DNA of 63,721 nucleotides, counting the filler, from Octopus bimaculoides (lineage: Eukaryota): NCBI RefSeq assembly GCF_001194135.2. It is 7 parts of 6 records of this genome, joined end to end, with 100 filler letters (N's around TTAATTAATTAA, not from the genome) between each part and the next. Parts side by side here need not be neighbours in the genome. Positions count along the whole stretch, not along the records: positions 14,533 to 25,173 come from NC_068993.1; positions 25,274 to 34,847 come from NW_026374557.1; 5 more parts are not named here. One strand, given 5' to 3'. The position numbers and the translations under genes are program-made. Positions within the stretch are counted from its first letter, which is position 1; each line of letters starts with the position of its first letter. Under the pieces are notes generated by a model that was given only the letters and a program-made list of their open reading frames with translations, was not told the origin of the DNA and ran no database searches. Below, one piece after another: positions 14,949 through 28,300 of this stretch.

Positions 14949-15801
14949 ACAAGGTGCGATGAATAAACTGTCGTCTAAATTACGCAAAAATGAAAATAAC
15001 ACTGACGTCTCTTTTTAAGAGATATATTTACCAAAATTACATTAAAAATATCTTGAAATACTAAAGAGTAAATATATATCGCCATTGGCTACAACCCCGG
15101 CCTCCAGACGATTTTGGAATCTCCTGCAACTTTTCTGGACGGTCCCCTTGTTTAAGTTGGTGGATGCTGCCATAATCCTTGCCTTCAGTTCTGCTTTGGT
15201 GTTACAAGGAGTTTTGTTGGTCTCTCGCTCAACTGCGCCCCACACATCATAATCAAGAGGGTTTCAGGGTGAGGAGTTATGTGGTCAGATGTTAGGGGTG
15301 ATGTGGTTGCAGAAATCGTCTGACAGCCATGACTAGGTTCTCCTGCTTGTGTGGCAACGGTGCAGTGTCCTGTTGTGAGACATAGGGTCTTCCAGCAGCC
15401 ACCCCCTTGACTCGGTGCAGCACTATCCCCTCCAGGCATTTGATGTAGGCCTCCGTGTTGAGTCTGAGGCCGTGTGAGAAGATGAATGGAGGCGTAATGT
15501 CGCCATCACTAGTGATCACTCCTAACACCATGATATTGAATGCATGTTTGATTTTTATCACTCTCGTTACATGTTCGTATTGGCACATGTTGGTACTGGA
15601 GCTTCCGGCGCGAATACCAAGCAGTACAGAATGTCGCTTCTAAATTTCTAGCAGAGTGAATTGCGTCATGGTGTTGTTTTTCTGACAGTCGGTGCTCAAC
15701 TACCCCTACTATACTGTGTAGTGGACAAACTCAGAAACAGACAATAGGCATGCACGAAATTAAAAATATAAAATGGCGACAATTTACCCATCGCATCCGG
15801 T
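14949..15801 (-). mobile_element. Internally deleted Tc1/mariner-superfamily element of maT (DD37D) type with both TIRs
   Basis: Minus strand reads IMVLGVITSDGDITPPFIFSHGLRLNTEAYIKCLE..RPYVSQQDTAP..NPLDYDVWGAVERETNKTPCNTKAELKARI. Correcting one frameshift gives 37 residues between QQD and PLD. Degenerate TIRs at 14949-14975 and 15775-15801 match at 20/27 positions. Confidence 0.82.
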
Positions 15802-15824
15802 ATATACATGCATATATATATATT

Positions 15825-16015
15825 CTTTTACTTGTTTCAGTCACTTGACTGCAGCCATGCTGGAGCGCCGCCTTTTAGTCGAACAGATCGACCCCAGGAC
15901 TTATTCTTTGTAAGTTTGGTACTTATTCTCGGTCTGTTTTGCAGAACCGCTAAGTTACAGTAGCATAAACACACCAACATCGGTTGTCAAGCGACGGTGG
16001 GGAGACAAACACAGA
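15825..16015 (-). mobile_element. SINE family A, 3' tail copy (related tail fragments at ~4770-4855 -, 48505-48660 -, 48730-48830 +, 55760-55875 +)
   Basis: CTTGTTTCAGTCA..GCCATGCTGGAGCGCCGCC..GATCGACCCCAGGACTTATT..GAACCGCTAAGTTAC..TTGTCAAGCG. Confidence 0.85.
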
Positions 16016-16025
16016 TACAATGACA

Positions 16026-16076
<51 letters not shown>

Positions 16077-16205
16077 GGTATCGGAGCGGGAGAGAATGAG
16101 GCGAAGAGGGTGAAAGTAAGTTACAGGAAAAAGAAATGAAACTGGAGTGTGAGTGGATATATATATGTAGATGGATAGATTGATAGATAGGTAGTAAGAG
16201 AGAGA

Positions 16206-16273
<68 letters not shown>

Positions 16274-16744
16274 AAGAAAGGGATAGAGAGGGAAAGAGAA
16301 GTGGGGAGAGAGGGAGAGAGAAAGAGAATGTACAAGAGTAAGCTCTCATATGCTAGCTAATCAGAAATCAGAAATACATTAAGGAAGTTAGGTTGTTGTT
16401 GGCGATGGTGGCGCTGACGGTGGGGAAGGACTGTAACGCACGCAGTGACCTCACGTGAGTTTATAATTTGGTTCTTTCTTGTCGAAAGAATATCAGTTGG
16501 CAAAGGATTTGACAAACTTAATTCAGTTGTGACTGGCTTTATCTTGAGGAAATGCCAAGGTTGAACTGGCAAGGACCTTAACGTTGCTATTTTAGGGGGC
16601 GTTATATCAGCTGACTGGCGGGAGTTTAAGAGAATGCTGAGGAAGAGTTTGCCAAGAAGCGACCTGCGAAAAGGACTCCCTATTTCTGTTTAAGGACACG
16701 TCGGTGTCTTTCAGCTAATTCGTAGAAATTGTGGCTGTTATTGT

Positions 16745-16920
16745 TATGGAGCAGAATGCTTAGAGGTATCTGTTTCGGCTTTACGTTCTGAGTTCAAATT
16801 CTGCTGGGGGCGAGTTTGCTCTTCACCGTTTCGGTGTCGAACACTGGGTTTTTGGTAAACGGCTAGCCCCTTCCTCCCCACTAATTTCAGGCATTGTGTG
16901 CCTATAGCAGAAAAAGTTAT
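16745..16920 (+). mobile_element. Diverged SINE family B copy
   Basis: AATGCTTAGAGG..TTACGTTCTGAGTTCAAATTC..ACACTGGG..GGCATTGTG. Confidence 0.65.
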
Positions 16921-17043
16921 TATTGTTGTTATTGATGATGATGATGATGAAGTTGTTTATCTTCAAGGTTGCCATTATCGTTCCAGTCATGCCCATCCTA
17001 TCTTATCAAAGAAAGATAAAGAGTGTGTGTAAAAGAGATAGAT

Positions 17044-17085
<42 letters not shown>

Positions 17086-17384
17086 AGATAAATAGAGACA
17101 AATGAGAGAGAGCAAGAGGGAAAAGAGAAGATATATATATATATATAAAGTGAGAGATAGAGAGAGAGAGAGATGGACAAAGAGGGAGGAGAGAGAAAAA
17201 ATAGTTATTTTCAGATGTCACAACATCCGGTAGCGATTCTTTGATAACCTAAATCAATGTTTCAGAAGACAGGGTGTGGAAATATTTTGGTGGGGGCGTG
17301 GATTACTTCAGAATGGGGTGTAGCTAACAAACAAATAAATTTGCAATAATGTTTCAATTAAAACAGCTTTTATGTATATGTATG

Positions 17385-17425
<41 letters not shown>

Positions 17426-18942
17426 NNNNNNNNNNNNNNNNNNNNNNNNNNNNNNNNNNNNNNNNNNNNNNNNNNNNNNNNNNNNNNNNNNNNNNNNNNN
17501 NNNNNNNNNNNNNNNNNNNNNNNNNNNNNNNNNNNNNNNNNNNNNNNNNNNNNNNNNNNNNNNNNNNNNNNNNNNNNNNNNNNNNNNNNNNNNNNNNNNN
17601 NNNNNNNNNNNNNNNNNNNNNNNNNNNNNNNNNNNNNNNNNNNNNNNNNNNNNNNNNNNNNNNNNNNNNNNNNNNNNNNNNNNNNNNNNNNNNNNNNNNN
17701 NNNNNNNNNNNNNNNNNNNNNNNNNNNNNNNNNNNNNNNNNNNNNNNNNNNNNNNNNNNNNNNNNNNNNNNNNNNNNNNNNNNNNNNNNNNNNNNNNNNN
17801 NNNNNNNNNNNNNNNNNNNNNNNNNNNNNNNNNNNNNNNNNNNNNNNNNNNNNNNNNNNNNNNNNNNNNNNNNNNNNNNNNNNNNNNNNNNNNNNNNNNN
17901 NNNNNNNNNNNNNNNNNNNNNNNNNNNNNNNNNNNNNNNNNNNNNNNNNNNNNNNNNNNNNNNNNNNNNNNNNNNNNNNNNNNNNNNNNNNNNNNNNNNN
18001 NNNNNNNNNNNNNNNNNNNNNNNNNNNNNNNNNNNNNNNNNNNNNNNNNNNNNNNNNNNNNNNNNNNNNNNNNNNNNNNNNNNNNNNNNNNNNNNNNNNN
18101 NNNNNNNNNNNNNNNNNNNNNNNNNNNNNNNNNNNNNNNNNNNNNNNNNNNNNNNNNNNNNNNNNNNNNNNNNNNNNNNNNNNNNNNNNNNNNNNNNNNN
18201 NNNNNNNNNNNNNNNNNNNNNNNNNNNNNNNNNNNNNNNNNNNNNNNNNNNNNNNNNNNNNNNNNNNNNNNNNNNNNNNNNNNNNNNNNNNNNNNNNNNN
18301 NNNNNNNNNNNNNNNNNNNNNNNNNNNNNNNNNTATATATATATATATATGAAGGGTTAAACAAGCAGAACAGAACAAAGAGAAAAAGTTAGACGAAAGC
18401 AGAGCAAACGGGAGACTAGGCGAAAACTTAACGGGCGGAGCATATAGACAAAGACACGATACGCGGAATATTCGCAGCTGAGTTTTCCTTGTCAGTCAAT
18501 GAACCAAGATATCATTGTGATTTCGCGCCATTATCATTGAGACCACTCAATCCTGGAGGCGCCAGTGCTTTTATTAAGCTACTGGGAAAAAGCTAGCAAA
18601 TGTATACTGAGACCGAAACAAACAAGACATTATATAAATATAACAGATGAAGAATTATGCATATATAACAGCACGAAGCCTTACGGCTATATACAATGGA
18701 AGAGAAAAAATAATAATTATTATACAAATACCACAAATGCAACAAAAAAAAATTTGCAGCTATCAAACGAACTAAGTAAGATAGCGCAGGGTGAAATGGA
18801 GTAAGTCCTAATGGACGTAGCTGGAACCCAGACCAACATGACCAGTCTGGTCAAAGGCAGGGCGAAAAAGAACAACACCGCCTTCACTGGACACCGGTCA
18901 CGTGGTAGGGTAGAGGAATAATATATATAGAGAAGGAATGGT

Positions 18943-18977
<35 letters not shown>

Positions 18978-19222
18978 GAGAGAGAGAGAGAGGAGGAAGG
19001 AGCAGAGNNNNNNNNNNNNNNNNNNNNNNNNNNNNNNNNNNNNNNNNNNNNNNNNNNNNNNNNNNNNNNNNNNNNNNNNNNNNNNNNNNNNNNNNNNNNN
19101 NNNNNNNNNNNNNNNNNNNNNNNNNNNNNNNNNNNNNNNNNNNNNNNNNNNNNNNNNNNNNNNNNNNNNNNNNNNNNNNNNNNNNNNNNNNNNNNNNNNN
19201 NNNNNNNNNNNNNNNNNNNNNN

Positions 19223-19279
<57 letters not shown>

Positions 19280-19626
19280 TTGTATCTGTTCAACCCTTGA
19301 TACATCCATGTAGCGCAACGCACACCCTGTTTGTTTATGTGTGTGCATATATGTATATATATGTATATATAATCACAAAACCAATATTATACGACCCATA
19401 TTAATTACTGTCTAGCCCATCCCATTTTGGATAATACGGTTATAACACGTTACGAGTATAGGAGTGGAAGTGTTGATCAGAAAGCTGAGTCAAAAATATC
19501 TGGTAAAGTGTATCACATTAAAGCACACTATCGAATCTATCTATCTATCCATCCACATATACATATATGTACATATGTATACACACACACGTGTGCGTGT
19601 ATGTGTATACATATGTATATATATGT

Positions 19627-19658
<32 letters not shown>

Positions 19659-19805
19659 GCACACACACACACACAAACACACACATCGCAGAAGTAAATA
19701 AACACCCCATAAAACATCGTTTTATATTTTTTCTAACTTGTAAAGGTTTATATTTTTTATTAATTGATATTTTTATGTTTCAGGCTCAACATGTGACTGT
19801 TTAAT

Positions 19806-20135
19806 CGTGCCCTGTACAAAAGAACCTTTGGAACTGTCTGAATTTCAAAGAGGCTATATTGTGGGTTAATTTGAAAGGGGACATAGCATAAAATCGCAAA
19901 AAACCTAGGAATCCCGCTTTCTACAGTTAATAGAGTGATTGTGCAATTCACCAGAGAGAGAACAAGCCAACATCACCTCGTCCAGGTTGACCGGGGCCCT
20001 CTGGCAGGACTCTTCTCTTTGTTAAGAGAAGTGTGGAGGATAATCGTCGTTGCAAGTTCTCTGACATAGCAGAACAAGTTGGTATCAGTCCCAGAACAAC
20101 TGCCAGGTATCTCCGCGAACTTGGATATTCTTTTA
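19806..20135 (+). mobile_element. Tc1-like transposase N-terminal (paired HTH) remnant
   Basis: Frameshifted reading ELSEFQRGYIVG*FERGHS..IAKNLGIPLSTVNRVIVQF..VKRSVEDNRRCKFSDIAEQVGISPRTTARYLRELGYS. Confidence 0.75.
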
Positions 20136-20352
20136 CTTGTTTCAGTCATTTGTCTCTTCTCAAAACTCATTTTTTCCAGCGTTCACCACTTCCCATCGTC
20201 TTGGCTTAACAGCTCGTTTTCTATGTTTTTGTTTTTTATGTTCTCGTTTCTCATTGTGTCTACGTTCTTTTGATGTCCTGTACCCATATATGCATGTATA
20301 TATACATATATATGTAGGTATGTACATATATGTATGCATATATGCATATATA

Positions 20353-20520
20353 GGTGCAGGAGTGGCTGTGTGGTAAGTAGCTTGCTTACCAACCACATGG
20401 TTCCGGGTTCAGTCCCACTGCGTGGCACCTTGGGCAAGTGTCTTCTACTATAGCCTCGGGCCGACCAAAGCCTTGTGAGTGGATTTGGTAGACGGAAACT
20501 GGAAGAAGCCCGTCGTATAT
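20353..20520 (+). mobile_element. tRNA-derived SINE family A (head and body)
   Basis: A-box TGGCTGTGTGG, B-box GGTTCAGTCCC, body CTTGGGCAAGTG..GTGAGTGGATTTGGTAGACGGAAACT..GAAGCCCG. Many copies occur in the window. Confidence 0.9.
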
Positions 20521-21109
20521 ANNNNNNNNNNNNNNNNNNNNNNNNNNNNNNNNNNNNNNNNNNNNNNNNNNNNNNNNNNNNNNNNNNNNNNNNNNNNNNN
20601 NNNNNNNNNNNNNNNNNNNNNNNNNNNNNNNNNNNNNNNNNNNNNNNNNNNNNNNNNNNNNNNNNNNNNNNNNNNNNNNNNNNNNNNNNNNNNNNNNNNN
20701 NNNNNNNNNNNNNNNNNNNNNNNNNNNNNNNNNNNNNNNNNNNNNNNNNNNNNNNNNNNNNNNNNNNNNNNNNNNNNNNNNNNNNNNNNNNNNNNNNNNN
20801 NNNNNNNNNNNNNNNNNNNNNNNNNNNNNNNNNNNNNNNNNNNNNNNNNNNNNNNNNNNNNNNNNNNNNNNNNNNNNNNNNNNNNNNNNNNNNNNNNNNN
20901 NNNNNNNNNNNNNNNNNNNNNNNNNNNNNNNNNNNNNNNNNNNNNNNNNNNNNNNNNNNNNNNNNNNNNNNNNNNNNNNNNNNNNNNNNNNNNNNNNNNN
21001 NNNNNNNNNNNNNNNNNNNNNNNNNNNNNNNNNNNNNNNNNNNNNNNNNNNNNNNNNNNNNNNNNNNNNNNNNNNNNNNNNNNNNNNNNNNNNNNNNNNN
21101 NNNNNNNNN

Positions 21110-21152
<43 letters not shown>

Positions 21153-22059
21153 ATGTGTGTGCGTGTACGTATATATGTATGTATGAGTGAGTGGTGTATA
21201 CTTTGCCTGATCATGGTGATGCACACATATTTTGGGGGAACATCAAAGTGAGTGGAGGTGCAAAAATAGTTGAGAAACAACGATCGAGATTTTAGTGGAA
21301 TCTCGAAAACTCCTCCCAAATATCATGATTTAACAATTTGCTAGTTTAATTGGTAACAACCAATTATCAACACGATGATACATGAAAGTTCAGCTCGTCT
21401 TAACCAACGAAAATAGTTTTCTATCACTCTATTACACAGTTCATTTCCATATGTAAATGTGTTAGATTCCCAGTTAGACGAGTCGATGTTATGCCATCGC
21501 ATCGGTGTAAATATTTGCAACTGTTACCTCATTACCATTGCTCGCATGTTTATGTGGTAAAGTCAGTTGACTCATAAATGTATCAGTTGAGCTGAGCTAC
21601 AGTTTAACTTAATAAGCAACATGTGTACTGAGTAAAGGTAATGAGAGAACCTTTAAATGGTCACTCAACCTGCCAGAAATAACAACACTGTATCTTTTTA
21701 TATAATGAAGGATACGTTGTGTTAAATAGGCCTAAGCATACTATGCTTAGACAAACATATAAAAAAAAAGGACGAAAATAGAATCTGAACGACTAGAGCT
21801 CTTTCCTTCAAAATTTGACCGTAACTACAACGGACAAGAATAGTACCGCCACAGCAATGCGTTCTCGAGCGCTACAATCACGAAGACAACAGCAACAACG
21901 ACCACCATAACCATCACCACCAACGAGAATACAACCATCACCGCGTCCACCGCCACCACCACCACCAACAACAACATGCTTATTGATGAATTGACAGGTG
22001 TTTCATTAAGATGTAATGTTAGTAACAAATTACACCTCCGTAGATATATTTTGTAAAAG

Positions 22060-22290
22060 AATGGGGCTCAACGGTGTTGATTTACCCTACATAGAGCATG
22101 AAAACGAAGCCTTCAAGAGTTGCTTTCATATTTTCAATGAGTTAGGGGGTCTTTCAGTTATGGTCTGGATTATTATAATCGGAAATAGTTCGATCCCAAA
22201 AGACGTCATCTTACCAAAATGCTCGGGTTCCTGCAAATTATGAATAGACAGACAATGATTATGAAGAACTATTGAACAGTTATGGAGCCT
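22060..22290 (+). mobile_element. Highly decayed Tc1/mariner DDE-domain fragment
   Basis: GGLSVMVW motif followed by ..YEELL.., typical of Tc1/mariner catalytic domains; short and degenerate. Confidence 0.4.
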
Positions 22291-22824
22291 GAAATTCCTC
22301 TATTTATATTTTGGTATTAAATGATTCCGCTTCTTCCTTCCACCTCCTTTAAATATCATGAGAAATCAGAAACAAATTTGATAAGTATTTTGAGCTTAGT
22401 TCTATTTCCCTGGCTTCATCGTTACATTCTTTGGGAGAAAAAAAATATCTCATAGACTAGATAAATTTGGATTTAACATTCAAAATATACTTTCATGATT
22501 CTTAACTATCAACAAGAAGGATTTAATTATCTAACCGTTTTTGTAATAGAATATTCTCTAAGCAGATAAAACTTGAAACAGCTGGCATTGGCAGTGATGA
22601 TTGCTGGTTGAATATCTCTGTCTTTAGAAGCAGCAACAGCAACAACAACAAAAAAGAAGAAAGAGAAAAAGAAATTTATACTTTTTCAATTTTAAAAATA
22701 ATTTCGGAAAAAAAGGTTTTTGCGTAAAAAGAAAACGAAAGAAGAGAGAATTAAATTAAAAAAACATATCATCACATGAAAGGTACTAATAGTATTATCA
22801 TTACTATTATTATTAGTAGTAATA

Positions 22825-22868
22825 ACGACGATGATGATGATAATAATAATGATAACAATAACAATAAC

Positions 22869-22915
<47 letters not shown>

Positions 22916-22942
22916 TAATATCAATAATGATGATTATGATGG

Positions 22943-22973
<31 letters not shown>

Positions 22974-23055
22974 GATGGTAATGATGATGATGATGGTGAT
23001 GATGATGATGATGGTGATGGTGATGATGATGGTGATGATGATGATGATGATACTA
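22825..23055. repeat. Compound (AAT)n/(GAT)n/(GGT) microsatellite
   Basis: Direct inspection. Confidence 0.95.
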
Positions 23056-23315
23056 ATGATATATCTGTTGTATTGTGATATATCTTAATTTTGTTGTATC
23101 AGTGTACGTATATCTTTTGGCACACAATATGAGTGTTCTTATGTGTGTGTGTGTGCGCGCGGGCGAGTATCTGTACGAATGTACGAATGTACGCATGTAT
23201 ATATTAATATAATGCGTATTATATACAGAATATTCGTATTCATATATTGTTTAACTTGACTATGCACGCACTGCACTTACACTCATACAATCTCTCTTTC
23301 TCTCCTTCTTTTCTT

Positions 23316-23372
<57 letters not shown>

Positions 23373-23594
23373 ATTGATGTAAATTCGTTAAGGCTGAAAC
23401 AGGAGTGCTCAACACGTGTTTGTTGCAAAGAATTTGTAAAGTAGATTAATGATTACTTATAAAGGACTTTGTCTGTAGATCTCTTCGTTAAGAAACGTTG
23501 ACTCACAATTATTGCATATCAAATTACAGAAAATACACACACATACATACACGCATACATACATATATACATATTTATACATATACATGTAGAA

Positions 23595-23638
<44 letters not shown>

Positions 23639-23744
23639 GTGCTTGCATATCTACACATACGCATATAATATATATACATACGCGCACATATATACGCATG
23701 AACATACTTATATAGTACACACACACACACACACTCACGCACAG

Positions 23745-23778
<34 letters not shown>

Positions 23779-24147
23779 GCACTCATATATGCATGCATGT
23801 AGTTGCGTGTGTGTAGTAAGATGCATTTCTGCAATCGTTAACATATGTTCGTGCAGCTGATTTGCATATCTCACAGCATCATAGGGACTTTATCCAATCA
23901 GCGGGGCCCAAGGCTATGTACCTATATCACATCAACCCCACAACCTTGATAAGAATTAGAAGCTTAGTACTTTTTCCTTACGAGACATTCTTTGAGAGAA
24001 ACCAAATTCATATCATGCAATTTAGATAAATTTGGTTTTAACTTTTAAATACTATTTCTATGGCGGCAACTATCTCCAAGAAGGAAGGGGTCGTAATCTC
24101 TTGTAGATATACACAAACTGTTGTTAAAGCCACCAACGCGAATTTTT

Positions 24148-24357
24148 TTAACCCTTTAGTGTTTAAACTGACCACATCTAGCCAAAATATTCTACCTGTT
24201 TTACATTCAAACCATCTAGATGTATAATGCTGTTCTGAAAATAAGCAATCACATCATCAAAATCTTGAAGCAATGAGATAGTGCAAGATTATCTTGAAAT
24301 AATGTGGATAAATAAGCATCACTTTTGGTAGAATAATCTGAATGCTAAAGTGTTTAA
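24148..24357. mobile_element. piggyBac-type MITE (~210 bp)
   Basis: Begins TTAA-CCCTTTAG and ends CTAAAGTGT-TTAA (degenerate TIR with TTAA target duplication); no coding capacity. Confidence 0.5.
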
Positions 24358-24559
24358 TTGCTTTGTCAGAAGGCAAGGTGAGGGACCCTGATGGTTTTTT
24401 TGTCCTTGAAAAATCTCTGGGATTGGTAAGAAAATACAGGAAGGGACCAAAGCAATCAGTTCAATGAAGTGGGCGTGGTTAAAAGCATCAGGTGGCTTGG
24501 TGGTAGTGTTTAACTAAAAGGAAGAATTACGTTGACTATCTAACAGCATGCACAGTGCT

Positions 24560-24715
24560 TTCACATAGTTTCCGTCTACATCACGTCTAAATAGTCTTGG
24601 GTTGATTCGAAGCTAAGATAGAAAACACTCCTCTATGATGTCACGCAGTGAGACCGATCCCGGATCCATGTAATTATGAAGCGAACTTCTTAACCACTTC
24701 CCTATTCCTGCATCC
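24560..24715 (-). mobile_element. Old, diverged SINE family A-related copy
   Basis: AGTTTCCGTCTAC..GTCACGCAGTGAGACCGATCCCGGATCCATG..CTTCTTAACCAC..CCTGCA. Confidence 0.55.
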
Positions 24716-25355
24716 TTGTTCATTAGTTGATTACTAAAATGATTTAAATTTAACCATGTTGAATTTCTTTTTCTTTAATGAATTCTAAATTAGTGTTTCT
24801 TAGAAAAAGAAAAAGCTACCGGAACTCGTGGAAGCCTTTAGACTGATTATGGTGAAAGCGTTATAAATAAAATAAAAGATTAAAAAGAAAAAAACTAGGT
24901 GCGTGAACTAAGTTTATTTTAGCCCGGTAAGCTTTCGACGATATAAATGAATGTATTATTCACTGTTCGCTATATATTGGAGGGTATAAATCTTCATTAG
25001 GCATGTGACGACCATGCCTAATGAGAAGAAGACTGAAACGCGTTTGATGTTCTCGTGAGTAACTTCTGGGACGATGTTCGGCCCGCCACGCAATGTATAT
25101 TGCGTTTATAACACAACGTGTCTATAAGGAGATTTTCACTCATAAAAAACTACAGCACCGTTACTATCATTCCNNNNNNNNNNNNNNNNNNNNNNNNNNN
25201 NNNNNNNNNNNNNNNNNTTAATTAATTAANNNNNNNNNNNNNNNNNNNNNNNNNNNNNNNNNNNNNNNNNNNNTATAAATACATATATATAAATACATAT
25301 ATATATAAATATATATATATATAAATATAGAAATACATATATATAAATATATATA

Positions 25356-28300
25356 TACGTACGTTTGTTCGTTCGTACTTACGTACTTCGTTCGTTCGTA
25401 CATTCCTTCATTACGCTCGTTCGTTCATACGTACGCTCCTTCGTTCGTTCAATTATTCATTCGTTCGTTCATACGTACGCTCCTTCGTTCGTTTGTACGT
25501 TCGTTCTTTCGTACGTACGTTTGTTCGTTCGCTCGTACGTACGTTTGTTCGTTCGTACGTACATACGTTCGTTCGTTCGTACGTACATACGTTCGTTGGT
25601 TCGTTTGTTCGTACGTACGTTCGTTCGTACGCATATACGTACGTTCGTTCGTTCGTATGTATGTTCGTTTGTTTGTTCGTACGTACGTTCGTGTGTTCGT
25701 TCCTTCGTGCGTTCTTTCGTTCGTTCGTACATACGTTTGTACGTTCGTTCCCTTTGTTCGTTCGTACGTATGTTCGTTTTTACGTACGTTTGTTTGTACG
25801 TACGTACGTTCTTTCGTACGTATATACGTAAGTTCGTTTGTTCGTTCGTACGTACGTACCTTCATTTCGTTCGTTCGTACATACATACGTAAGTTTATTC
25901 GTTCTTACGTACGTTCGTTCGTACATTCGCTCGTACGTACGTTCGTTCATTCGTACGTACGTACGTTCGTTCCTTCATTATGCTCCTTCCTTCGTTCGTA
26001 TGTACGTACGTCCGTTCAATTATTCATTCGTACGTTCCTTCGTTCGTCTGTACGTACGTTCGTTCGTTTCTTTGTTCGTTCTTTCGTTCGTTTGTTCGTT
26101 CGCTCGTACGTACATTCGTTCGTTCTTACGTACGTTTGTTCGTACGTACGTATATATGTACGTTCCTTCGTGCGTACGTTCGTTCGTTCAAACGTACGTA
26201 TGTGCGTACGTACGTTCGTTTGTTTGTTCATACGTACGTTCGTTTGTTCGTTCGTTCGTTCCTACGTACATTCGTTCGTACTTACGTACGTACGTTCGTT
26301 CTTTCGTTTGTTAGTTCGTACGTATGTTCGTTCGTTCGTTTGTACGTACGTACGTTCCTTTGTACGTACATTCATTCGTTCGTACGTATGTACGTTCGTT
26401 CGGTCCTACGTTCGCTCAGTCTTTCGTTCTTTCATTCGTTCGTACGTTCGTTCGTTAGTTTGTACATTCGTTCGTTCGTTTGTTCGAACGTACGTTCGTT
26501 TGTTTGTACATACGTACGTACGTACGTTCGTTACTTCATTATGTTCCTTCGTACGTAGTACTATCGGTCGTACATACGTACGTACGTAAGTTTATTCGTT
26601 CGTACGTTCGTTCGTTCATACGTACGTTCGTTTGTTCCTTCGTTCGTACGTTCGTATGAACGAACGAATGAATAATTGAACGAACGAAGGAGCGTACGTA
26701 TGAACAAACGAATGAATAATTGAACGAACGAACGATAGTACGTACGAAGGAAGGAGCGTAATGAAGGAACGAACGAACGAACGTGCGTACGTAGGACCGA
26801 ACGTACGTAAGTACGAACGAACGAATGTACGTACGAACGAACAAACGTACGTACGAACGAACAAAAGAACGAACGTACGTACGTATGTACGAACGAACGA
26901 ACGAATGAACGTACAAACGACCGAAAGAACGACGGAACTAACGAACGTACGTACGAGCAAACGAACGAACGTACGAACATACGTACAAACGAAAGAACGA
27001 ACGAACGAATGTACGGACGAACGAACGAACATATGTACGTACGTACGTACGAAAGAACAAAAGAACGACGGAACGAACGTACGTACGAACGAATGAACAA
27101 TTGAACGAACGAACGTACGTACGAATAAACTTACGTATGTACGAACGAACGATAGTACGTACGTACGAACGAAAGAACGTAAGTACGAACGAACAATCGA
27201 GCGAACAAACGTACGTACGCACAAACGAATAAGCTTACGTATGTACGAACGAACGATAGTACATACGAAGGAACGAACGATAGTACGTACGAAGGAACGT
27301 AATGAAGGAACGAACGAACGTAAGTACGAACGAACGAACGAATAAAATTACGTACGTATGTACGAACGAACGAACTTACGTACGAACGAACGTACATACG
27401 AACGAGCGAATGAACGCACGTTTGTTCGTTCGTACGCACGTTCGTTTGTTCGAACTTACGTTCCTATGTATGCTCGTTCGTACGTTCATTCGCTCGTTCG
27501 TATGTACGTTCGTTCGTTCATTCGCTCGTTCGTATGTACGTTCGTTCGTACGTAAGTTCGTTCGCTCTTACGTTCATACGTACGTTCGTTTGTACGTGCA
27601 TTCGTTCGTTCCTTCGTACATTACGTTCGTTCGTATGTACTATCGTTCGTTTGTACATACGTACGTACGTAAGTTTATTCGTTTGTACGTACGTTCGTTC
27701 GTTTGTACGTTCGTTCGTGCGTACTTTCGTTCGTTCCTTCGTACGTACGTACTATCGTTCGTTCGTGCATACGTAAGTTTATTCGTACGTACGTTCGTTC
27801 GTTCAATTGTTCATTCGTTCGTACGTACGTTCCGTCGTTCTTTCATTCGAACGAACAATAGTACGAAGGAACGAAATGAAGGTACGAACGAACGTACGTA
27901 CATACGAATGTACGTAAGAACGAACAAACGTACGTACGAATAAAATTACGTATGTACGAATGTAATGAAGGAAGGAACGAACTTACGTACATACGAACGA
28001 ACAAACAAACGAACATACGTAGGAACGAACGTACGTACAAACTAACAAATGAAAGAACGAACGCACAAACGAACGAACGAAGGAACGAACGAACGAAGGA
28101 ACGAACGAACGAACGAACGTACGAACAAACGTAAGTACGAATGAACGAACGTACGTATGAAGGAACGAATACACATACGTACGAATGAACGTACGTACGA
28201 ACAAAGGTACAAATGAACGAACAAAAGAACGAAGGAACAAACGAACGTACCTATGAACGAACGATAGTACGTACGTACGAAGGAACGTAATGAAGGAACG

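Noticed and set aside
18390-18900. Possible retroelement 5' UTR/ORF1 start
   Set aside because: No diagnostic motif visible; cannot be classified without a repeat library.
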